A DNA stretch of 64,000 bases from Planctomycetota bacterium (GTDB lineage: Bacteria > Planctomycetota > DG-23 > JAZDKG01): the NCBI GenBank assembly GCA_043803205.1, contig JAZDKG010000044.1, forward strand, positions 2,503 through 66,502, read 5' to 3'. Every line of letters begins with the position of its first letter. Within the stretch, counting starts at the first letter, position 1. Below, piece by piece: positions 26,251 through 34,803 of this stretch. The notes under the pieces were generated by a model that searched no databases, was not told the origin of the DNA, and worked only from the letters and a program-made list of their open reading frames with translations. The position numbers and the translations under genes were made by a program.

Positions 26251-27891
26251 TTACTGCTCGTCCGAACTTTCCGGGGGAGTGGAGGCATCGGTCGGCGGCG
26301 CCAGCGGGAGGCGGAGGATAAAGGTGGTGCCGCGGCCGACCTCGGAGTCGACTTCGATCTCCCCGTGGTGTTCCCGGATGATTTTGTGGACGACCGGGAG
26401 CCCCAGGCCGGTTCCCTTGGCGCCTTTCGTCGAAAAGAAATCCTGGAACAGGCGGGCCTTGACCTCGGGGGACATGCCCGAGCCCGTGTCCTGGATCATG
26501 ACGGCGAAGCGGCCGGACGCGTTCGGCGCCGCCGTCCGCAGGCACACCTCGGAGGATGGAGTCTGCGCGCAGGCGTCCACAGCGTTGGAGACGAGGTTGA
26601 GGATGCAGCGGTAGACGGACACGGGATCGACGCTCGCCTGCGGCAGCGCGTCATCCAGGTCGTATCGGATCGTTGTGCCCTGGGAGGCGGCCTTCTCGCG
26701 GTACAGGTCGCCGACGGTGCGGATGAGGTCGTTGATGTCGGTGGCCTCATACCGCGGGACCCGCTGCTTCCCGTAGGACAGCATGTCCAGCACCAGGTCG
26801 CTGAGAAAGCCGCTGTTTCGCTTCGTGATATCCCATCCCTGGAGGATCTTGGCGCGGTCGTCCGTCTCGATCCCGCGGTCCACGATGAAGGACCCGCCCT
26901 TGATGCCGTTCAGGATGTTCTTGATGCAGTGGGCTAGGCGCGAGACGGCCTCCCCGATCGCGGCCATGCGCTGCGCGCGCAGCGCCTCCTGATGGAGCTT
27001 GGCGTTGCGCAGCGCTACGGCGAAGACGGCCGCAAGACACACGATGAGCTGCAGGTCATCCTTCTCGAAAGCGCGGCCGGGACGGCGTGTAGCGACGTAG
27101 ATCAAGGCCAGAACCTCGCCGTCGACGGCGGCCGGTGCGCAGAGGACGGAGGTGGTCGCTGTGCTCACGAGGCTCTGCGAGCCCTGGAAACGGGAGTCGT
27201 CCAGCGCGCAGGCGCTTAGGATCGCCTCCCGGGTGTCGCAGGCGTGCCGCAGAATGGTATTGGACGGAGCGAGATCCGCTCCCTCTGCGCCCTTTCGCGA
27301 CGCCACGATCGAGAAGCCCGTGTTCCCGACGTCGGGCGTAAGGATGAAAGCGCTGTCTGCTTGCGAGAAGGTCTTGAAAAGCTCGTTTAGGATCGCCTCG
27401 GACAGGGACTCCACGGTGAAGCCCCCGACCGCCGCGCGGCTGACGCTGTAGAGGACCTGCAGGCGTCGCCGCAGCGCGCCGACCGGGTCGCTGACGCCCG
27501 AGGCGCTGGAGAGATCGTCGGAGGCTCGCGTCGCGATGAGCGTCGCGGTATCCATGCGCAGGGAGGTGCGCGGCGCCTCGGGCGGACCGGCCGGGGCCTG
27601 ATCCTCGTCCACGAAGACGAGCGTGAACTGGTGGATCTTGATCGTATCACCTGGGGACAGGCGCGCCCGGCGGACCATCTTCCCGTTGAGGAAAGTGCCG
27701 TTGACGCTCTTCAGGTCTTCGAGATAGTAGCCGTCTTCTCCGGTGGTGATGCGGGCGTGACTGCTGGAGACAAACGGATGCTTCAACGGAATCTGGCTCT
27801 GCGGGCTGCGGCCGAGGACGTCGTTGCCGGTCAGACGGAAAAGCTCGTTCCGTGGGGCGCCGCCGTCGTTGATCAGTCGCAGTCCGGCCAT
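26251..27891 (-). CDS. Cytoplasmic FHA-GAF-histidine kinase
   Basis: Start MAGLRLIND at 27891. FHA motifs are VLGRSP...SSSHARI...NGTFLNG. The central region is GAF-like. H-box RLAHCIKNIL, N box NLVSNAVDA, and G boxes DTGSGM and GTGLGLPVV. No TM segment. Track ORF 26251..28701 is over-extended. Confidence 0.8.
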   Translation of the reverse strand: MAGLRLINDGGAPRNELFRLTGNDVLGRSPQSQIPLKHPFVSSSHARITTGEDGYYLEDLKSVNGTFLNGKMVRRARLSPGDTIKIHQFTLVFVDEDQAPAGPPEAPRTSLRMDTATLIATRASDDLSSASGVSDPVGALRRRLQVLYSVSRAAVGGFTVESLSEAILNELFKTFSQADSAFILTPDVGNTGFSIVASRKGAEGADLAPSNTILRHACDTREAILSACALDDSRFQGSQSLVSTATTSVLCAPAAVDGEVLALIYVATRRPGRAFEKDDLQLIVCLAAVFAVALRNAKLHQEALRAQRMAAIGEAVSRLAHCIKNILNGIKGGSFIVDRGIETDDRAKILQGWDITKRNSGFLSDLVLDMLSYGKQRVPRYEATDINDLIRTVGDLYREKAASQGTTIRYDLDDALPQASVDPVSVYRCILNLVSNAVDACAQTPSSEVCLRTAAPNASGRFAVMIQDTGSGMSPEVKARLFQDFFSTKGAKGTGLGLPVVHKIIREHHGEIEVDSEVGRGTTFILRLPLAPPTDASTPPESSDEQ

Positions 27892-27935
27892 GCGCGACTC
27901 CGATTGTGTTCCCGAAAAGATGCGCTCAGGAGTAC

Positions 27936-27963
27936 AGGCTACATGGTAGGATTCCAGGTCAAA
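27936..27963 (-). promoter_or_regulatory. Promoter candidate (TTTGAC-N16-TAGCCT) for the FHA-GAF kinase / RR operon
   Basis: Read on the minus strand; about 45 nt upstream of the ATG at 27891. Confidence 0.3.
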
Positions 27964-28012
27964 TGCGCAAGTGTTTTTCGTCGCCGTCGGACCTTGTCGG
28001 CCAAAGCGGGGC

Positions 28013-28040
28013 TTGCAAAAGGGCTCACCTGACATAGACT
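28013..28040 (+). promoter_or_regulatory. Promoter candidate (TTGCAA-N16-TAGACT) for ptb
   Basis: Hexamers at 28013-28018 and 28035-28040. The ptb ATG at 28093 has an AAGGAG RBS. Confidence 0.35.
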
Positions 28041-28092
28041 GGCGGCGCCTGCCGAGAGGAATTGCGCAGGGGCGGAACAAGGAGAAGACAAC

Positions 28093-29034
28093 ATGAAGAA
28101 CTTCGATACGCTGCTGGAGCTTGTCGAGAAACACCCCGTGCGGAAAGTCGCGGTCGCCGTGGGACAGGACCCGTCTGTGATCGCCGCCGTCGAGGAGGCT
28201 AGAAAGCGCAGCATCGCTGATGCGGTCCTCGTGGGGGACGAGGAGAAAATCCGGGAGGCGGCACACGATGTGGGGGCCAGCCTCGAGGGGACGAAGATCA
28301 CGCACGAAGCGGACCCCATCCATGCGGTTGCCGCCGCCGTCCGGCTCGTGTCGTCGGGAGAGGCGGATATCCTGATGAAGGGATACATCCACACGGATGA
28401 TTTCCTCCGCGGAGTCCTGAACAAGGAGTATGGGCTCCGGACGGGCTCGATCATGAGCCACGTGTTCATCGCCGAGCTCCGTCAGCCCGAGAAGCTCCTC
28501 TTCGTCACCGACGGGGCCATGAACATCGCCCCCGACCTTGAGCAGAAGTCGGCGATCCTTTTGAACGCCGTCTACCTGGCCAAGTCGTTCGGGGTGATGC
28601 AGCCGAAAGTCGCCGTCCTGGCGGCGGTCGAGTTGGTGAACCCGGCGATGCCCGCGACGATGGACGCCGCGGCGCTGGCAAAAATGGCGGACCGGGGACA
28701 ATACGTGCCCGCGTGCATGGTCGACGGCCCGTTCGCCCTCGACAACGCCGTCTCAGCCGCCGCCGCGCGGCACAAGAAGATTGGGGGACCGGTGGCCGGG
28801 GAGGCGGACATCTTGCTCGTCCCCACCATCGAGGCGGGGAACATGCTGGCGAAATCCCTCGTCTACTTCGGGGCGCGAAGGCTCATCGGTCTCCTCGTCG
28901 GCGCGAAGGCGCCGGTGGTGCTGACAAGCCGGGCGGACTCGATGGAATCAAAAATGCTCTCCATCGCAGGTGCGGTCCTGATGGTGAACATGAAGAGGGC
29001 GCTCGCGCTCAAGGTGGGCAAGGTCCATTACTGA
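28093..29034 (+). CDS. ptb: Phosphate butyryltransferase / phosphate acyltransferase (PTA_PTB family)
   Basis: 313 aa with PTA_PTB pattern (ADILMKGYIHTDDFLR..., FVTDGAMNIAPDLEQK, MVDGPFALDNAVS, ADILLVPTIEAGNMLAKS). There is no butyrate or acetate kinase next to it. Confidence 0.8.
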   Translation: MKNFDTLLELVEKHPVRKVAVAVGQDPSVIAAVEEARKRSIADAVLVGDEEKIREAAHDVGASLEGTKITHEADPIHAVAAAVRLVSSGEADILMKGYIHTDDFLRGVLNKEYGLRTGSIMSHVFIAELRQPEKLLFVTDGAMNIAPDLEQKSAILLNAVYLAKSFGVMQPKVAVLAAVELVNPAMPATMDAAALAKMADRGQYVPACMVDGPFALDNAVSAAAARHKKIGGPVAGEADILLVPTIEAGNMLAKSLVYFGARRLIGLLVGAKAPVVLTSRADSMESKMLSIAGAVLMVNMKRALALKVGKVHY

Positions 29035-29051
29035 GAGCGCTGGGGCGGCCT

Positions 29052-29450
29052 CTAGGTCCTGAAGACCTTCCGGACGGTAGCGAGAAGCAGCTCGGGGTCC
29101 ACGGGTTTCTCAACGCAGGCATCCGGTTGATCCCCGAGGAACCCCCCCACGTCGCTCGCCGAGAGATGAATCCCCGTCTTCTCTCCGATCCCCGTGACAA
29201 ACACGACCGGAACATTCCTGAGCGCAGGATCGGCGCGCAGTTCCGTGAAGACTTCGAAGCCGTTCTTCCCGGGCATCTGGACGTCAAGAAGGATCAGATC
29301 GGGCTGGAGCTTTCGGGCGGCGGCCAAGCCTGCCTCCCCGTCCCGGGCGCTGGCGACGGCGTAGCCGCCCGCTTCGAGGACGGCGGCGGTCCCCTTTACA
29401 GCGTCGGGTTCGTCGTCGATGACAAGGATCCTCTTGGGGGCATCGGGCAT
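29052..29450 (-). CDS. Stand-alone CheY-like response regulator (receiver only), copy 2 (paralogue of 25823..26221)
   Basis: MPDAPKRILVIDDEPD...DLILLDVQMPGKNG...VEKPV. Same 132-aa length as copy 1 and alignable to it without gaps. Confidence 0.85.
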   Translation of the reverse strand: MPDAPKRILVIDDEPDAVKGTAAVLEAGGYAVASARDGEAGLAAARKLQPDLILLDVQMPGKNGFEVFTELRADPALRNVPVVFVTGIGEKTGIHLSASDVGGFLGDQPDACVEKPVDPELLLATVRKVFRT

Positions 29451-29503
29451 TGCGGGGCTCCTTGCGATGGGGCTCGGGCTGCGGCGACGGGGAAGTCGCA
29501 GGA

Positions 29504-29531
29504 ATGATACCGGTGCAGAAGGGGAAGGCAA
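29504..29531 (-). promoter_or_regulatory. Promoter candidate (TTGCCT-N16-TATCAT) for receiver copy 2
   Basis: Read on the minus strand, within the 106-nt gap between the RND pump stop and the receiver start. Confidence 0.3.
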
Positions 29532-29556
29532 GGCGGGACGGAGCAATTCCGGCGCG

Positions 29557-32500
29557 TCAGGGGGCGCGACGGCCGAGGCGGAATTCCTGGAGCGCGCAGT
29601 AGAGGACGGGGGTGACGAACATGGCGAGGAGCTCGACTGTCATGCCGCTGACGATCGGGATGGCCATGGGAATCATGACATCCGCGCCTTTGCCGCTCGA
29701 GGTGAGGACGGGGAGCAGCGCGAGGACTGTGGTGGCGGTGGTCATGAAGCAGGGACGCACGCGCTTTCGGGCCCCTTCGAGAACGAAGGAGCGCACCTCG
29801 GCGATGGAGGAGGGGGCGCGGGCGGCAAAGATCTGGTTCAAGTAGGTCGTGATGACGACGGCGTCGTCGGTGGCAAGCCCGAAGAGGGCGATGAAACCGA
29901 CCCAGACGGAAACGCTCAGGTTGTACTGACGGAAGTGGAAGAGCTCCCGGAGGTTGTGGCCGAGAAGGCTGATGTCGAGGAACCAGGGCTGCCCGACGAG
30001 CCACAGCCCGATGAAGCCCCCGGCCCAGATGAAGGCGACCTGCGCGAAGATGAGGAGCGTGACGGGGGTGGAACGGAACTGGAAGTAGAGGATGAGGAAG
30101 ATGATGAAGAGGCTTGCGGGGAGGAGCACGGAGAAGCGTTTCTGGAAGTTGAGCTGGTTCTGGTAGCTTCCGGCGAAGGCGTAGTGGGTGCCCGGAGGCA
30201 GGACGAGTTCGCCCGAGGCGATCTTGGCCTCCAAGTAGCGCTGGGCTTCCTCGACGACGTCCACTTCGGCGTAGCCTGGGCGTTTGTCGAAGAGGACGTA
30301 GGAGACGAGGAAGGTGTCCTCGCTCTTGATCTCCTGCGGGCCCGGGACGTAGCGGATGGAGGCGAGCTGAAGGAGGGGGATCTGGGCGCCCTCGGAGGAG
30401 GGGACCAAGATGCGGCCGAGGGCCTCGACGGAGTCGCGCAGCTCGCGCTGGTAGCGCACGCGGACGCCGTAACGCTCGCGTCCCTCGACCGTGGTGGTGG
30501 CGCGGATGCCTCCCACCGCGATCTCGATGACGTCCTGCACGTCGCGGATGTTGACCTTGTAGCGGGCGATTCGTTCGCGGTCGATGTCGATCTCGAGGTA
30601 GGGTTTGCCGACGACGCGGTCGGGGATGACGGCGTCGGCCTCGACGCTGGGGACGTCCTTGAGGAAGCGGGCGATGTCGTAGCCGACGCGTTCGATAGCT
30701 TCGAGGCTTTGGCCTCGGACCTTGACGCCCATGGGGGCGCGCATGCCGGACTGGAGCATGACGATACGGGCGGCGATGGGCTGGAGTCGGGGGGCGGAGG
30801 TGGAGCCCGGGACGTCGGCGACTCGGACGATCTCGCTCCAGATGTCGTCGGGGGAGCGGATGTGGTCGCGCCAGAGACGCGGACGCTTCCCGGTCTGGGG
30901 GTCGGGAGGCCCGTACTCGTCCTTGTAGGTGACGAGGGTCTCGATCATGGAGATGGGGGCGGGGTCCAGCGCGGTCTCGGCGCGGCCGATCTTGCCGACG
31001 ACGGTGTCGACCTCGGGGATGGCGCGGATCGCGCGGTCCTGTTTCTGGAGGATGTCGAGGGCTTGGCCGAGCGAGGCGTGGGGCATGACGGTGGGCATGA
31101 AGAGGTAGGAGCCCTCGTCGAGAGAGGGCATGAACTCGCGCCCGATCCCCGGGAAGGCGTGCTGGCCGGCGACCCACAGCGGGACGGAGCGCGTTTTTTC
31201 CTGGGAAATGCCGACTTTCTGGAGACCGGCTGGGATCCAAGCAAAGACGCGGGCAAACCCGAGCCACACGACGAGGCCGAAGACGATGACGACGGCGGGG
31301 ATGGAGAGGAAGACGACCTTGTGGCGCAGGAAGGCGGGGAGGATGCGGGGATATAGGTCCACGATGATGAAGCGGAGGCTGCACCAGGAGAGGTTGATGA
31401 CCGACACGAAGACGAGGTTCTTGAGTAGGCTCGTGCCGAGCCCCAGGGGCATCCAGTGGAGTGTCAGGAGCGCCAGGACGAAGAACGCGGCCAAGACGGA
31501 CGTGAAGAAGGGCATCCTTCTGAGGAGCTTCTTGGGAAGACGGGGTTCGAGCAGGAGGTAGCAGGCGGCGAGGACGATGGGGAGGCCGGCCCAGAGGGAG
31601 ATGCGCCAGCCCGCGAAGAGGCCGACGAGGAAGAGGCCCGCGTAGGCGACAGTCCTTGCCTTGACCGGCATCCTGCGGCGCTTGAAGAGGATGTGGGCGA
31701 AGGCGGGGAGCACCGTGAGGGCGGCGAAGACGGAGGCGAAGAGGGCGAAGGTCTTCGTGTAGGCTAGGGGCTTGAAGAGTTTTCCCTCGGGGCCGGTGAG
31801 GGCGAAGATGGGGAGGAACGATACGAGGGTGGTGGCGATGGCGGTGACTACGGCGCCGCCCACCTCGCTGGCGGCGCGGTAGATGACATCGAGGGGGTCC
31901 TCGTCGGGATGGGCTTCGTTGAAGTGGCGGACGATGTTCTCGCAGAGGATGATCCCCATGTCCACCATGGAGCCGATGGCGATGGCGATCCCGCCAAGAC
32001 TCATGAGGTTCGAGTCGACCTTGAAGATCTTCATCAGGATGAAGGCCGTGAAGATGGCGAGTGGGAGGTTGGCGCTGATGAGGATGTTGGAACGGAAGTG
32101 CGCAAGAAGCAGGAACACGACGAAACACGTGATGAGGATTTCCTCGACGAGGGCGTTCTTCAGGGTGCCGAGGGTCTGCTTGATGAGATCTGTCCGGTCG
32201 TAGAAGGGGACGATCTGAACTTGCGAGGAGGAGCCGTCGGGGAGGGTCTTGCGGGGGAGGCCGGGCTGGATCTCATTGATCTTTTCCTTGAGGCGGGCGA
32301 TCACGGCGAGAGGGTTTTCCCCGTGACGGACGACGACGCTTGCGCCGACGACCTCCGTGCCTTCCTTGTCGAGAGCTCCGCGGCGCAGCGCCGGACCGAG
32401 GGAGATGGTTGCGACGTTCTTCACGTAGATGGGGACGTTCTCGACGGTCTTGAGGAGGATGTTCTCGACGTCCGAGAGTTTCTTCAGGAACCCTTTGCCG

Positions 32501-33261
32501 CGGATGATGTATTCGACGCCGTTCCACTCGATTGTCTCGGCGCCGACGTCGATGTTGGCGCGCTGGACGGCCAGGAAGACGTCCTGAAGCATGACGCCGT
32601 GGGCGCGCATGGCGTCCGGGTTGACGTCGATCTGGTATTCCTTGACGTAGCCTCCGATGGAGGCGACTTCGCTGACCCCCTCCGTGGATTGGAGCGCGTA
32701 GCGGATGTACCAGTCCTGGATGGAGCGCAGTTCCCGGAGGTCGAAGCCTTTCCCCTCGACGGTGTACCAGAAGATCTGGCCGAGGGCGGTGGCGTCGGGC
32801 CCGAGGGCGGGGACGACGCCCTCCGGGAGCTGTTGCTGGGCGACGTTAAGACGTTCGAGGAGGCGGGAGCGGGCCCAGTAAAAGTCGACGTCATCGTGGA
32901 AGATGACGTAGACGGTGGAGAAGCCGAACATGGAGTAACTGCGGACCGTCTTGACGCCGGGGATCCCCTGGAGGGACACGGTGAGGGGGTAAGTGACCTG
33001 GTCCTCCACGTCCTGTGGAGAGCGGCCCGGCCAGTCGGTGAACACGATCTGCTGGTTCTCACCGATGTCGGGGATGGCGTCCACGGGAATGGGTTCGCGG
33101 GGGAAGCCCTTCCAAGGGGGTTGGAAGGGCATGACGTAAAGACCCCAGCCGATGAGGAAGGCGAGGAGGAGGAAGACGACGAGCTTGTTCTCGAGGCAGA
33201 AGCGGATGGTGCGGTTGACGACGCCTCTTATCTCGGGACGTTCGGCGGCGGGGGCGTTCAC
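29557..33261 (-). CDS. Heavy-metal-efflux RND transporter, CusA/CzcA family, enlarged (1234 aa)
   Basis: CusA/CzcA-like N-terminus (…VDAIPDIGENQQIVFTDWPGRSPQDVEDQVTYPL…) and RND repeats. The GTG start overlaps the adaptor stop (GTGA). Extra hydrophobic block at about residues 527-705. Confidence 0.85.
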   Translation of the reverse strand: MNAPAAERPEIRGVVNRTIRFCLENKLVVFLLLAFLIGWGLYVMPFQPPWKGFPREPIPVDAIPDIGENQQIVFTDWPGRSPQDVEDQVTYPLTVSLQGIPGVKTVRSYSMFGFSTVYVIFHDDVDFYWARSRLLERLNVAQQQLPEGVVPALGPDATALGQIFWYTVEGKGFDLRELRSIQDWYIRYALQSTEGVSEVASIGGYVKEYQIDVNPDAMRAHGVMLQDVFLAVQRANIDVGAETIEWNGVEYIIRGKGFLKKLSDVENILLKTVENVPIYVKNVATISLGPALRRGALDKEGTEVVGASVVVRHGENPLAVIARLKEKINEIQPGLPRKTLPDGSSSQVQIVPFYDRTDLIKQTLGTLKNALVEEILITCFVVFLLLAHFRSNILISANLPLAIFTAFILMKIFKVDSNLMSLGGIAIAIGSMVDMGIILCENIVRHFNEAHPDEDPLDVIYRAASEVGGAVVTAIATTLVSFLPIFALTGPEGKLFKPLAYTKTFALFASVFAALTVLPAFAHILFKRRRMPVKARTVAYAGLFLVGLFAGWRISLWAGLPIVLAACYLLLEPRLPKKLLRRMPFFTSVLAAFFVLALLTLHWMPLGLGTSLLKNLVFVSVINLSWCSLRFIIVDLYPRILPAFLRHKVVFLSIPAVVIVFGLVVWLGFARVFAWIPAGLQKVGISQEKTRSVPLWVAGQHAFPGIGREFMPSLDEGSYLFMPTVMPHASLGQALDILQKQDRAIRAIPEVDTVVGKIGRAETALDPAPISMIETLVTYKDEYGPPDPQTGKRPRLWRDHIRSPDDIWSEIVRVADVPGSTSAPRLQPIAARIVMLQSGMRAPMGVKVRGQSLEAIERVGYDIARFLKDVPSVEADAVIPDRVVGKPYLEIDIDRERIARYKVNIRDVQDVIEIAVGGIRATTTVEGRERYGVRVRYQRELRDSVEALGRILVPSSEGAQIPLLQLASIRYVPGPQEIKSEDTFLVSYVLFDKRPGYAEVDVVEEAQRYLEAKIASGELVLPPGTHYAFAGSYQNQLNFQKRFSVLLPASLFIIFLILYFQFRSTPVTLLIFAQVAFIWAGGFIGLWLVGQPWFLDISLLGHNLRELFHFRQYNLSVSVWVGFIALFGLATDDAVVITTYLNQIFAARAPSSIAEVRSFVLEGARKRVRPCFMTTATTVLALLPVLTSSGKGADVMIPMAIPIVSGMTVELLAMFVTPVLYCALQEFRLGRRAP

Positions 33262-34799
33262 TGGTGGGCTCCGTGACCGCCGACGGAGGGCGTCTGGCCC
33301 GCATGGCCGGCATGGGGAGAGGGAGGCGGACCTCCTCCGGGTCCCATCATGCTGGGCTTGGCCTGGATCTGGAGGGAAGCGTCGATCTTGAAGTTGCCCC
33401 GGGTCACGACACGCTCGCCTTCCTTGAGCCCTGATAGGACGAGGTAATAGTCCCCCGCTCGGGGTCCAAGGGTGATTTCGCGCCCGACGTAGGAGACGCC
33501 CTTATCGGAGCGCTCTTCGACATAGACGACGGCGCGCTCGCCCGTAAGAAGGGGCGCCGTGATCGGGATGCTCGGGACCATGCGGGCTGGAGCCTCGGGG
33601 GGGCCGAAGCCGAGGGAGGCGGTATCGACGAGGGGCATTTCGCAGATGTCGCAGGCGCCGGGGGAGTCTTTCACGATCTCGGGGTGCATGGGGCACATCC
33701 ATTTCCCGGCGAGGTCCGGCTCACGGACGCGACCCGCCTCATCGAGGGCGACCTCGATGCGGGCGCGCACGAACATGCCGGGCTTGAGACGCTCGCCGGG
33801 ATTGGGGATGTTGACGCGCACCTTGACGGTGCGGGTCATCTCGTCGAGGACGGGCTGGATGAACGCGACCCGCCCGTGGAACGTTTCGCCCGGGAACGCG
33901 TCGCTCTCGAACGTCACGGTCTGGCCGTACCGGACCCAGGGGATGTCAATCTCGTAGGCGTCCAGCAAGGCCCAGACAGCAGAGAGGTCGGCGATGGTGA
34001 AGAGACGGTCGCCCGCCTGAACGTATTGTCCCTCGAACGCCTCGCGCGCGATGACGGTCCCGCCGATCGGCGCGTAGATGGTCATGTGGTCATCGGATCG
34101 ACCCGTGGATTGAAGGGCCTCGATCTGTCCGGGGAGGATGCCCCAGAGCTCGAGCTTCTTTCTGGTAGCCTCCTTGACCGAGAGAGCGTCGGCGGCCTCA
34201 TCGGGGTTGTTTGCTTGGACGGCGTTCCGCCAGCGGCGGAAGGCGATGAGGAACTCCTCCTGTGCGGTCCGGAGGTCGGGGCTGTAAACGTACGTGAGAT
34301 GATCGCCCTTTGCCACGCGCACGCCGACGTAGTTCACGTAGAGCCTGTCGATACGCCCCGGGACCCAGGCGGCGACGTGCGAGAGACGCGTTTCGTCGAC
34401 GTCGATCTTGCCGACCATGCGCACGGTGACGGAGAGGGGACGGTATTCCACGGGGGAGGTTTCGATTTCCGCGAGGGCTCGTTCGGCGTCGGAAAGGACA
34501 AGCACAGGGCCCTCGGTCTTTCCGCCCAGTTCGGTCTCATAGACTGGGACGAGATCCATGAAGCAGATGGGACACTTCCCTTCCCGGGGCTGGTTGATCT
34601 GGGGGTGCATGGAGCAGGTCCAGTAGCGGATGTGGCGATCGGAGGCGGTCTCGGCGGGCCGGCTGGCCGGGGCGGGCGCTGCGCTGCGCAGAGCGAGGCG
34701 ATGCCCTGCGACAATAGCGGCGACAAGGAGCGCTGCGAGCAGGATCAGACGGAGATAGCGAGGACGCTTAGCGGATGCAGGGGAAGGGGGGGCGTCCAT
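33258..34799 (-). CDS. Periplasmic adaptor (MFP/CusB-like) with two Cys4 heavy-metal-binding modules and a His-rich tail
   Basis: Start MDAPPSPASAKRPRYLRLILLAALL at 34799. Cys4 modules are CSMHPQI...CPICFMDL and CPMHPEI...CDICEMPL. Barrel-sandwich/lipoyl pattern. C-terminal PHAGHAGQTPSVGGHGAHQ. Confidence 0.8.
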   Translation of the reverse strand: MDAPPSPASAKRPRYLRLILLAALLVAAIVAGHRLALRSAAPAPASRPAETASDRHIRYWTCSMHPQINQPREGKCPICFMDLVPVYETELGGKTEGPVLVLSDAERALAEIETSPVEYRPLSVTVRMVGKIDVDETRLSHVAAWVPGRIDRLYVNYVGVRVAKGDHLTYVYSPDLRTAQEEFLIAFRRWRNAVQANNPDEAADALSVKEATRKKLELWGILPGQIEALQSTGRSDDHMTIYAPIGGTVIAREAFEGQYVQAGDRLFTIADLSAVWALLDAYEIDIPWVRYGQTVTFESDAFPGETFHGRVAFIQPVLDEMTRTVKVRVNIPNPGERLKPGMFVRARIEVALDEAGRVREPDLAGKWMCPMHPEIVKDSPGACDICEMPLVDTASLGFGPPEAPARMVPSIPITAPLLTGERAVVYVEERSDKGVSYVGREITLGPRAGDYYLVLSGLKEGERVVTRGNFKIDASLQIQAKPSMMGPGGGPPPSPHAGHAGQTPSVGGHGAHQ

Positions 34800-34803
34800 G
34801 GGG

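Noticed and set aside
26251-28701. 816-aa extended version of the FHA-GAF kinase ORF
   Set aside because: The N-terminal ~270 codons run antisense through the well-supported ptb gene and have shadow-ORF composition. The FHA domain begins right at MAGLRL (27891), which has a GGAG RBS.
29396-32128. 910-aa (minus) and 645-aa (plus, 29419..31356) ORFs overlapping the RND pump gene
   Set aside because: Their composition is extremely Pro/Arg/His-rich (minus) or Gly/Asp/Glu-rich (plus). They are alternative frames of the genuine CusA/CzcA-like frame 29557..33261.
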